Below, piece by piece: positions 24,901 to 37,400 of a stretch of DNA of 64,000 nucleotides. A program made the translations under genes and the position numbers. The stretch comes from Eledone cirrhosa. Its lineage: Eukaryota. The stretch covers positions 41,292,001 to 41,356,000 of the forward strand of contig OZ024742.1 of the NCBI GenBank assembly GCA_964016885.1, read 5' to 3'. Numbering within the stretch: the stretch's first letter is position 1; the number at the start of each line of letters is the position of its first letter. Under the pieces are notes generated by a model that had not been told where the DNA came from, made no database searches, and saw only the letters and a program-made list of their open reading frames with translations.

Positions 24901-27900
24901 CTATCGTAATCAAGTGCACTAAACCTATATTGTTTACATTCTGTGTTTTTCTACGGATGGGTAGAAATAACAAAATTGCCATGGTGATATCCATCGATGA
25001 AGTATGCAACAAAACTGGTCGATGTTCCAAAATAGAACATTGCCCAGAAAACCACATTTGCCATATCTGTGCGAAACCCGAAAACTCGTTCCGTAATCGC
25101 TGGGTCGAATGTGGAACCTGTCGCATATCTGTCTGCTTTCAATGCGCCACAGGCTTCCGGAAGGTCCCAGGCCCAAAAAAGAGACATCATAATGCTATGA
25201 TGGATGGAATCTGGGAGATGGTCCAGCTAAAATCCTGGTCCTTTCAGTGCCTGGCCTGTGTGCCTGCCTCCAGTTGAAAAACAACAACAAAAAAAACTAA
25301 TGACTATTTTCCTCTACCATTGTTACTGAACAACGGCAAAAACCTATGACACTGGCTTCTACTGCTATTCCTGTGGGAGAACATCAGAAACAACAACAAC
25401 CCATGTCTTCCGCTCCCAGTACGTCTCGACACCAACAACCTGCGACTGTGTCTTCCCCTACCATTCCCGTGGAGGAACATCATCACCACCAACAACAGCA
25501 GCAACAACAACAACCGACCAGTACAGATTTTGCAGAATTGCAACTAATGATTTCTGCTTTAAGAAGGGAAGTAACAGGAATAAAGGCAAGCATTCGGGTA
25601 GGACCCCACAATGAGGGGTCTTATCGGAATGCCTTGCTAAAGAATCTCCCTGTACCTCTTGCCGTATCTGGCCACACTGAAAAGACTGCAGAATCTGCTA
25701 CCCATGAAGTGATTGCCATTGGGGTACCAGAGGGCAAGGCTGATCTTCAGGCATTTGCTGCCAGCTCAGCCAAGGCTGTGTTCCCCCAAAGGGTGCTCTC
25801 CGCCTTGGTCGACCTGGTCCAAAACCCATACTCATCGGGCTGTCTTTTTCGGACCCTCGCTGAGGCAACCTCATACCATCTGGCCTCTGTTAAAGCTGGG
25901 CGTGAAAATCGGATTACCTTCCGAACACGCCCAGGCCTACCACCCCATGTACGTCCAAAGCTCCGTGCTGCAGCTTCCTTGAATCGGAATTCAGCACAAC
26001 ATGAAAGTTTTAGTCTGCGTGATGATGGGCAGATCTGGAGGTTTGTCAAGGCTGGTGAAACGTGGAAGAGAGATACCAGCTGGTCTGAGTGTGATCTACC
26101 CACAATAACTGGCAATGTAAAAACTGCTACAACTCTGGGAAACTAAACCAGAACAACCTGCCACCCTCTACACACCATCATAAACTGTGAGCAGGGTACA
26201 AATTGTTGTCCTTAAATGCTCGCAGTTTATGCAACAAGATATATCTGTTTGAATCCTACGTCAGAAGCATCGACCCTGACTTCATCACAGAAACATGGGC
26301 ACATTCCTTACTCTGTGATGGGGTTTTCAGCATTACTGGGTACAAGCTTTTCCGCAAGGGCCGCATTAATCGCCGTGGTGGTGGTGTGATGGTCTACGTT
26401 CGTTCAAACTTTTCGGTAATTCCTTGCGTTGATTTGAACGAATCACAGGAAGAAGTTTTTTTTCTGTGACATACGTATGACCATGTCAACACTTCTGCTT
26501 GGTGTTGTTTATCGCCCCCCAAACTACCATCAGGACACACAGCTTTGCGATATCCTCAGAGTTGCTGCCAAGAAAACAGCCACTTATGTGTTTATTGCAG
26601 GTGACTTCAATCATCCTGAGATCGATTGGGAAACCTTTCGTTGGCCACAAGGTGCAAACGATTTCCTTGAACTAGTGCTGGACTCAAACTGGTCACAAGT
26701 AGTCACCTCTCCAACAAGAGGTGACAACACTTTGGACCTGATCTTCACCACTACTGAAGTGGTTATCAGTTGTACTACTGAGGAACCTCTAGGTGACACT
26801 GATCATGCTATGATCATTGCCAATCTGGCACTTGAGGGCAGCAACAAAAACCAGAGCCATCTCCAATCTGCTTGCTTTGATTGGAAGAGAGCGGATTGGA
26901 ACTTGTACTGCACTGAGCTACAGCGCCCAAACTGGCATGAGATGTATAACTCCGGAGATGTGAACACTATACTCCAGAGCATCCTGGACTCAATATGGAT
27001 AGCGTGTGCAGCATCGGTGCCACGTAAGCGGAAAAATAACCACCCCAAAAGTGCAATTTGGGAAACTTCAGCGGTCCGACTTGCCAGGAAAGAACATCGG
27101 AACGCTGAACGGGAATATAAACTGCATAAATCAGATGCCAACAGAAAAATGCGGAATAAATCTTCTAACCATCTCAAGCAAGTGACAAAGAAGGCAGTGC
27201 TTGAATTTGAACAGTGCATAGCAACCAATCCTGACGGTAATGTGTTCTGGAAATATGTTCATTCAAAGCAGAGACCTCACTCTCCAGTTCATCCTCTTCG
27301 CAATCCCCACACAAGCCAGATCACTGACGATCCCAAAGAATGCACAGAACTCATTGCTGAGTGCTATGCAAGTATTTTTACTGTTGAAAACCAGAATGTA
27401 CCATCTCCACCATCTCTAACATCAAATTCCATAACAACTATGGAATTTACACCTGCAATGTTGCGACGTCACCTTAAGAATAAGCGCAACTATGCCTCCC
27501 CTGGTCTTGATGGTGTTACATACCTGCTTCTCAAACGTGGCGAGTATTTCCTTTTGCACCAGCTTTCTTTCTTCTTTCAATACCGTCTCAACAATGGTGC
27601 TACTCCGGAGCAGTGGAAAACTGCCAGTGTCATTCCCCTGTTCAAAAAGGGCAACCGCATGTCACCTGTCAACTATCGTCCAGTCAGTCTTACTAGCTGT
27701 ATGGCCAAACTGATGGAATCCTGTGTCAGAGAAACACTTTGGAACTTCTGGAGCTCTCACAGTTTGGATTTATCCCTAACTCCAGCTGCTCTGATCAGCT
27801 TATCGAGTTCCTTGAAGACATCACCCGGATCACTGACAGCGGCTCATGGGTGGATGTTGTTTACCTTGACTTTGCTAAGGCTTTTAATTCTGTGCCACAC

Positions 27901-30900
27901 AAAAGACTTATGGCAAAACACTCTGCAATGGGTGTGAAGGATGATCTTTTCGACTGGTTGAAATCCTTCATTTTCAGCCGAAAAGAAGTAGTCACGGTTC
28001 TAGGACAGCATTCTTCACCACATGAGATGTCATCTGGTGTACCACAGGGATCTGTTCTTGGTCCCCTTTTGTTTGTGGCATATATTAATGACATAGATGC
28101 CAACTTACAGAATGCCACGGTACTGAAATATGCAGATGACATCAAGCTGTACCTTGAAATCAAAAGGACTGATCCTGAAATTTACAACTCTTTCCTACAA
28201 TCAGACCTGGACACAATGCAGCAATGGATCACAGACTGGCAACTGAAGCTGGCTGTGGACAAGTGTACCAACATGCATTTTGGGAGGAAAAATCCAGCGT
28301 CCACATACTCCCGCCACAACACTGATATCAAGAAGTCCTCTTGTGAACGTCACCTGGGAATTACTGTCAGCAGCGATTTGCGTTGGACAAAGCATGTCTC
28401 TAAGATTGTCAAGAAGGCCGAGGGTGTCTTGGCATCACTCAGCAAGACCTTTGTTAGCCGCTCTCCAGCCATCTATTTAAAACTGTATACAGCTATGGTA
28501 CAACCACACTTGGAATTCGCATCATCAGTCTGGAACCCTTATCTTGCTCAGAACATTGACCTCCTGGAAACTGTTCAGAGACGTGCAACCAAGCGCATAC
28601 CCTCCATCAGACACCTACCATACTCTGAACGCCTTGCTTCCCTGGGCATGGATTCATTGAAGCTCCGACGTCTGGCAATGGACTTGGTGAATACCCACAA
28701 AGTTATTAACCATCTCGCCAATTGCAACCCTGAGCACCCTTTTGATCTCCATGTGTCTAACACACGTGGACATGCCTACAAGATCAGAAAACAACACAGC
28801 TCCCATGACTTTCGTAGACATTTTTTCACGCTCAGAGTTGCTGAAGCATGGAACAAACTGCTTGCGTCAGTTGTTAGCTGCCGAGACACTGCATCCTTTA
28901 AGACACTCATGCTTCCCGAAATACGCCAAGGCTACACCTGATGTACCCCTTCCATACACATGCACACGTGTGTATCATGACTCGTGCACTGTTCATTTTA
29001 CTGATGTTTGTGCATTGCCCTATGTACTGTACATGCACTTTTTGATGAGTTGTGGTGCACCTGGGCACTGTACACAATATTTTATTATTATTATTATTAT
29101 ATCATGACTCCTACACTGTTCATTTTCCTGACATTTGTACATTATTCTATGTACTATACATGCATCTTTGATGAGTTGTAGTGCACCTGAGCACTGTACA
29201 CAATAATTTCATTATTATTATTATACCAATCGTGGACCCTAAAAACGAAATATGTTCACCACTACTCAGTCATTATTGATGGTATGGGTCCACTAGTGGA
29301 ATGTATCGTCTTACTTTAATTTCCTAAATAATTCAAAAAAAGAATATGAGATGTCATTGATATCTTTCTTTTCAGATTTTTCTAAAGATATTTCTGTTCT
29401 TTTACAGGACGTTGATTATGTTTGTATCTCTGACAATTACTGGCTTGGTAAGAATAAACCATGTTTGACTTATGGACTTCGGTAAGAAAGATAACAATTC
29501 CAAATTTATATTCTTTTACATATTCATGACCTGTGTCATTATATTTATTAAGATAAAATTTATAACTTTGTGTTTAAACATAAATGTATTACTGACTATC
29601 TTGAGATGGACCTATCAGTTAGTGCTATTTCAAAGATAAATAAATCACTGCTTTCATTCGGATCATAACCCTTTTGATACTAAACTTCCTGAAACCACCC
29701 CAGGTTCTACTATACAGAAGTACTTTTTTTTAAGTGTTAAATTTATCTAAAAACCTTTCATCATATTTTTATGTAAACATCTGTCATTAAAAATATGATA
29801 ATTAACCCTTTAGCATTTAAACCGGCCAAAATTCTCTCACCTCTTTCTGTTCAAATTGGTTGTAACTGGCCATTCATACTTATGTTAAGGTATTTTTCTC
29901 AAAATGAATAATATCAAAATCTCATATATTCAATATTATGTGAGGAAAAGCCTTTACCATGAAAATATAATAGTAAATATAGAATAATATAAATGCTAAA
30001 GTGTTAAAGAGTTACTAAAATTAGTATGTTTTAATCATCTTCTTTATTTTAAAAATTAAGGAATAATCTCAATAAAATAACATGTTTTAATGAAATTGAG
30101 TGAATAATATAATAGTCGTGATCATAGGGTTAAGGGTTCAATTCTTTGACGGAGTGCCACATTGTGTTATTAAGTTGCTTCATTTCATGTTGATTTTCAT
30201 TAAAATAGCCAAGATACCTCTGGGATGCAATCTCAGAGAAGGCCAGCTAAACCAGTGTAGGTGTGAGCTGTAAAGGGTACACTGTTAATATTTAAGCTTC
30301 ATAATCAGGAAAAATGTATAGATTACACATTAATTATTATGGTAATTGTGTAAAGACAATAGGTTGACACAGATGTCAGTAGTTGTGCTTTATACACTCT
30401 TGCCTGGGGATTCAAGATTGAGTTCAAATCCCATCTGAATTAATTGGCATATGATGGACCCTCCAGATTTTTAATTAACTGACTGTTTGACTTGTGAATT
30501 AAAGTGTAAATAGTTGATATCCAACAGACATGTGATGTGTACCTTTAGCATAATTATCTAACAGAATCAGTGTGACAGAGTATGTGACAAGGCTGGACCT
30601 TTTGAATTTAAGGTACAATTCATCCAACAGGTTTCCACACTTCTCCAAATTGAGAGATCACACACTTGGAGATTCAGCCAGATCAGTTGGAGACAGTTAT
30701 TTCTGATAGGACCCACTGGAAAGAGTGTTTGAGGACTCTGTGCCTATAAACCTCTTAGGAATAAGTGGGCGAAGAAGGTTTCCACACAGTGGAATTGATC
30801 GCAAAACCTCATGATTTGGAAGCAGACTTCTTAACCCTCAGCTATGCCTACATCCAGTATTTCAATATAAAATCATTGTTGCCACCCTAGGACCTAATAT

Positions 30901-33900
30901 GGTGAAATTTCACATAGCAATGATGTTGATACCATAACACATTGTTTAGGGAAAATGTTATCACTATCAGATCAAAATCTGGAAACATTTTTGACTAAAG
31001 AAAATATGAATATTTGGACCTTCATATTATTTCTAGAAGAATCAGTGATGTAAATAAAATGAAATGATTAGAACTAGAAACCAAAACCAAATTGTAGAAA
31101 CAATTTACAGCTTTTTAGCTCTATAATGAATACCACAAACTGTATTGTAAAACGTTTTTTTTTTTTTTTTAACCATTTCATTTCCATATTCCTAATGAAA
31201 AATACACCAATGAAGAATTTGGAGGATTTGCTAAAATTATTAATTTTTTCATTATTAAAAGAGTATCTGTAATATAACAAAGGATTTTTATATGGAATAA
31301 TTTTGGTAAGTTTTCATTTAAATAAAGGGTTCTTATTTAAATCAAAACTTTCAAAAATAATTCTCTATAAAAATATTCTCATAGAACCAGAGTTGGTTTT
31401 GGATGTGTTAATACAAATGAAAGATACATGTGCCTGTGTTTTCAGATTAAATAGCTGCTTATTTGTTTATTCTATTACTAGTGTCACTCATTAGACTGCA
31501 GCTATGTTAGGGTACTGCCTTTATACATACATACATCTGTCTGTCTGTCTCAGGATAGTAGACGTATTTCATATCGGCTCTGCGATTTGGGATTTTTACC
31601 TGCTATTTTTGTGAGTGAATTATTTGAATTATTTTTATTATTGACTCTAACCCCTAGTCTGGGACTTTAGACGTAGGGTAATTATATTTTCACCCCTTTT
31701 GGGGTGAAAAATAATTAATTCAAAAATGTTTATCGATATCGTTGATAACGATATCGTCGAAAACGATATCGCCATATTGGAAGCGAATGCCACGCCTACC
31801 AAAAAAACAAGCGGGAAAGAGGAAACAACAGTTCAAACTGTTGAACAGCCCCTCCTCTCCAATGAAAAAAAAAAGATTATTAATTCAAATGAAAAACTTA
31901 ATTTTGAAGAAAAAAATAACACCACAAATAAGGACTCGATGGTCTGCCCTACGAACTATATATTAATATGCCGGACTTGTTCCCCGATCTCCTCGAGGTG
32001 GTCTACTGCAACTGGCAACAGAACGGGAGAATTCCCTGTTCTGTGACCAAGGGCGTAGTCTCGCTAGTGAGGAAGGACGAGAACAAGGGGGATGACATTA
32101 GTAATTTTAGGCCCATAACTCTGCTAAATGCAGAGTTAAAGATTTTGGCGAAGAGGTTGGCGCTTGTCGTGGGGGGCCTGGTGGGAGATGCGCAGACATG
32201 CGCCATCCCGTCCAGGTCCATCCACGACAACCTCCACCTCATGCGATACATCATAGAGAGGGTTGGGAACGAACCCGGCTTTGGTGGGGCCCTGATAAAT
32301 TTAGATTAGTCTAAAGCGTTCGATAGGGTGGACCATGGTTACTTGGATGCGGTGCTAGCGGCGGCTGGGTTCGGACCCGTTTTCAGGGGCTGGATCACTG
32401 CCATGCACAGTAGCCGCATCTGCTCTAGAGTCAAGGTGAACGGCTACCTTTCGGAGCCGTTCGAAATCGCCCGCTCCATCCGACATGGATGCCCTCTCTC
32501 CTCCCTTCTGTATGTATTGGCTCTCGAGCCACTACTGCGGAAGTTGGAGTTGTTGCAGGGCATCCCTTTGGAACCGGGATTGCGCAAAGCGGTGTCGGTC
32601 TATGCCGATGACGTAACAGTAATGGTGTCGACCACCTCGGAAATCGAGGCAATCGGCACCTTACTGGAGGAGTACGAAAGGTTGACAGGGGCTAAGCTGA
32701 ACCGGGACAAGTCAATCGCTTTGCAACTCGGTGAGTGGAGGGGCAAAGCGATGTCGTGCGACGGTATCGTCGGACGGTGGACGGAGGGCCCGGTGAAGTT
32801 GCTTGGGGTCTGGTTCGGACCGGACCTCCAGGTTGAGAAGAACTGGGGTGAGGTGACGAATAGGGTGTTTGCACCGACCCAGAAGTGGGCCGAGTGCAAA
32901 CTATCCCTGAAAGCTCGGGCGGAGGTGGCGAACGCTTACATAGCGTCCGTCATCTATTACCGCTTGACTGTCGTGCCTTGCCCGGGTGAGATCCTCGCCA
33001 AAATGGAGCGCGCCCTCTTTTATTTCCTTTGGAAGAAGAGGTCTCCTCTGGTGAGGAGATCCATCTGCTGTCAACACCCTTTGAAAGGAGGGCTGGGGAT
33101 GCCGTGGCTAAAAATGCGTAAACACGCATTGAGGCTAAGGCACCTCCAGGTATTCCTCACCGGTCAACCGGTGTGGGCCCCGTTTGTGAGGCGAGCCTTC
33201 CCGAGGCTCGTCTCGCTCACCGAGCTGCAGTCCTGGGTGAAGCAAAGACCGAGAAAACTGGGCGACTGGCACACCAAGTGTGCCCAGGCGCTCACGGCTC
33301 TCTGGCAGGCGGACCCGGCTATCGACGGAGACTCCACCTCGTCATTCTATAGAGGGCTGGTGGTTAGCGGGTGCGACGATGCCCTCGGAGAAACCCTAGG
33401 CATGGAGGAGGATGAACTGGCCAGTCTATTCAGTAGGACTTTCGGCCCGGGACCTATGGACAACTTCCAGAAGTCCTTGGCCTGGCAGTGCTACCGAGGG
33501 GCTCTGCCCGTTCGGGATAAGCTCTACAGACACGGGCGCCCGGGTAGGGACCCCTCGAAAAAGATCTGTCCCAGATGCGTGCACGACAAGGAAACCGTCG
33601 CGCACACATTGGTGCACTGCCCGGGCGTTGCCGATCTGTGGGGCTATGTCGAACAACTGCTGTCACGGGTGGGACCAATTAGGTTGACCACCGAGTCCAT
33701 TGTAATGATCAAGCCGCCTCCCCCCTTCAAAAATGAAGGAGAGGCGGTCTTCCTCTGTGTAATAGCCATGGTAAAAGAGGTTATATGGTGGACGCGGCTG
33801 AAAGGGCTGAGGTCGGACACCTTTCTCTCCGGCCAACAACTGGTCCTTTTCTTCCGATACCATTTTGGAAGAAGGATCAGGATGGAGAGAGAGGTGCTCC

Positions 33901-34432
33901 ACTCCAGCCAGTTTTATGAAAGGTGGGTGAAAGTTGCGAGAATGGCCTGTGTGAATGGGCCTTCTCTCTACCTCAGCCTGTAGGTGGAACAGGAAGAAGG
34001 GAGCACCCTCTCTTTGTGCTCCCGTGGAGAAGGGTCGCACACTTTTTTTCGGGAGTGTGTGTGACCCCAAAACGATCCCTCCCTATTGAGGACCTTCTTG
34101 TTACTATTTTGTTTGTTATATTTTTCTTACTCGATTTTTTATGTAAACTCCCCCCACCCATGTACATGTCCCTTTCTTTTGTGCCCTAGTGGCAAATAAA
34201 CAGAAATTTGTCTGTCTGTCTCTGTCTGTCTGTCTCTCTCTGTCTGTTTCTCTCTTTCCCTCTTTCTCTCTCTCTGTCTCTCTCTGTCTGTTTCTCTCTT
34301 TCCCTCTTTCTCTCTCTCTGTCTCTCTCTCTGTCTCTCTCTGTCTCTCTCTCCCTCTTTCCTTCTTTCTCTCTCTCCCTCTTTCCTTCTTTCTCTCTCTC
34401 CCTCTCTCTCTCTTTCTCTCTCTTTCTCTCTC

Positions 34433-34463
<31 letters not shown>

Positions 34464-37400
34464 TTATTTTTTTTTCCGATTCTGCCTTGCTCATCACCTC
34501 AATCATTCTAATTTCTCATTCATTCTTCTCAGGAAGGACTAGCATCCAAAACGTTAAGACCCTCTTCCTGCTATTCCATATACTGTACCGTTTGTGTTGT
34601 TAATTCTGTTTACCGTTTACATACATACATATATACATATGTTGCAGCAGTAGTGTTTTATATATGTTTCAGTGGTATCTGCTATTTCCATATTGAAGTG
34701 GAATGTTCAAGTAAAGATTTACATTCTGGTGTGTTTGGTGGTTCTGTGTAAGTACTTTTATGTTTTAATTATTTAATTAGTCTCCATTTTAATTATATAT
34801 TTTGTTATTGTTTTGCACCTGTTTATCAGCAGAGATGGTATGACATTTTTGAATGTTTGGATATATTAGAAATATATTTATTATTCATTATGATATCGGT
34901 AGAGGGTCGGACGCCATGCTTTCCAGCATAGTTACGTCCCTTTACGGACTGAGTTCGAATCCTGCCGAGGTTAACTTTGCCTTTCATCCTTACGGGGTCG
35001 ATAAAATAAAGTACCAGTAATACATTGGGATAATTGCTGGCCTTGTGCCAAAAGTAGAAACAATTATGATATTGTATATGAGTTTATATATACAATATGT
35101 TTATTGTATACCCACCTTTCCAACAACAGCCCTGAGCACCTTTTGGAATTCCATGTGTCTAAAAGCCATAAACATGTTTATAAAATCAGAGAGCCGTATA
35201 GCTCCCATGACTTTTGGGAACATTTTTTCATGCTCAGAGTGGCTGAAGCATGGAACAAACTACCTGCATCAGTTGTTAGCTGCCGAGACACTGCATCCTT
35301 CAAAACTTCCATGCTTCCCAAAATTTGCCAACACTTCACCTGATATCCCCTTCCATACACACGCATTCATGTGTGTATATCGTGACTCATACACTGTTCA
35401 GTTTCCTGACATTTGTACATTATTCTATGTACTATAAATGCACCTTTGATGAGTTGTAGTACGCCTGAGCACTGTACACAATAATTTTCATTATAATTAT
35501 ATGGTAATATGGGTTTATATATACAATATGTTTGTTATACAAAAACATATGGTATGTAGGTTGATATATGATATGTTTATTATACATAAACATATAGTAT
35601 GTGGGTTTATATACAATATGTTATATAGAAACATATGATGTCTGGGTTTATATATGCCTTTCCAAGGTGGCAAATTGGCAGAAGTGTTAAAATTTCAGAT
35701 AGAATGTTTTGTGGTAATCGTTTTGGCACTCTGCATTCAGAGTTCAAATCCCACTGAAGCCAACTTTGTCTTTCATTCTTGTGAGGTCAGTAAAGTACCA
35801 GTTCATTGCTGGGCATTGACTCATCCCTTATATCTCTTTCTCACTTCTCTTTCGCTATTACCTTCTGTCTTTGGAAGAAATTGGTTGTGTTTCAACCTGG
35901 AGAAGGATGGGCTCTGCCAGGTTTGAATGCCCAAGACTCAGAAGTTAAAGACCTGTGTTTGGATACAATTTTCATAATTTTCATCATTTTATGTCTGTTT
36001 TCTATGTTGAAATGGGTTAGATGGGTTAGGGTTAGGGTTAGATGGGTTGACAAAATCTGTGTCTAGATGAGTCACTGAACCACATCCTGCTCTTACATTT
36101 CATTTTTGGCATGGTTTCTAAAACACGTAAAAGAATAAAAGCATAAAAATATACCCTTCATATTCTAAAGTCTGTAATAGCAGTGGTACCGGCCTAGTTT
36201 AGTGTTTGAACGGTTGTGTAAGAAGAAAAGAATATATCAAATAAAATAGGCTAAATATCCAAAGTTCAAACCTTTTTTACTAATTACTAACAGCCAAAGT
36301 CTAACATACATCATCATCACTATCATTTAATGTCTATTGTTGTAAATTGATATAATCACCATTATCATCGAGATGGGGGATTGGCAGAATTATTGGAACT
36401 TTGTGGTTTTTATTCTGGCACTTTGTCTTTCATCCTTTTGGGGTTGAGAAGATAAAATACCATTCTGGGGGTCTATATAATCAACTTTCTCATACCCATC
36501 CAATTGGCTGGCCTTGTGCCTAAAATTAAAAAAACATTGTCACTATTGTCTCCATATTGTCATTATTCTTTTACTTATTTTATCAATATTTTTTGTCAAC
36601 TGTTAAGTTATTGGACATAAACACAGACTCACACACATATATACATAACAGGCTTCTATAGAATCTGCCTACCAAATTCAATTCAAAAGGCATTGGCCAA
36701 CTTGAGACTATAGGAGAAGACACATGCCCAAAGTCCCACACATCATTTTGTTCATCCATGTTGGAGTGAATAAGTTTTCAACACATCAGGAACAAATGGA
36801 GATATATTCCATTCCAGACCTATCCAACCCATTTCAGAATGGATAAATCAGGTTATGATTCCTATTTAATAATGACTTGACAGTCTCTCCAATGCTGGTG
36901 CTGCAATAAACTGCACCCAGTATACTCTGTAAGGTGGTAGTGCTGGTGTTATGATAAAATGCACCCAGTACACTCTTGTGTTAGGAAGGGCATTCAGCCA
37001 TAGAAGCTATGCCAAATATGAAACATAAGCACAAGAAATGGTTCTCCAGCCAGCCTTGTCTTGGACCATACCAACCCATCCAACTCATGCTGGAAAGCAG
37101 ACATAAAATAATGATGAGGATGAGGATGAGGATGATTCATGAAAATCAGTTCTATGTATAAAAAAAGTAACTTGAAAAAATATAATCGTATTTCACCTTT
37201 TCTTTTCTTTCCAGTTTTGAAGCCATGACTGACCTTATATTCCTGATGAATTCCTTGGTTGATGTGAAAGGACGAATCCTGATCCCAGGAATCTATGATT
37301 CTGTCAAATCAATGACCAATGAGGAAGATGCCTTATATAATGACATTGATTTTCAACTGGTGCGTCTCTTCTTATTCTTTTATTAGTTTCAGTTATTAGA

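Larger units (their letters stand above)
24900..29101 (+). mobile_element. Near full-length CR1-clade LINE (PHD-like ORF, ORF1-like ORF, frameshifted APE-RT ORF2, 3' UTR, (ATT)n tail); 5' boundary uncertain
   Basis: APE motifs LNARS, ITETW, GGGV, GVVYRPP, GDFN, LDL, TDH. RT motifs [37 protein letters not shown]1 C-terminus TRGHAYK...[16 protein letters not shown]. Confidence 0.92.

Noticed and set aside
25747-28763. Antisense ORFs over the LINEs (also 32003-34070 and 48025-49140)
   Set aside because: Expected shadow ORFs opposite GC-richer coding sequence, with no recognisable motifs.
34189-34603. Leu/Ser-rich ORFs (also 2713-3132 and 11422-11697)
   Set aside because: Translations of TC microsatellites or CT-rich tracts.
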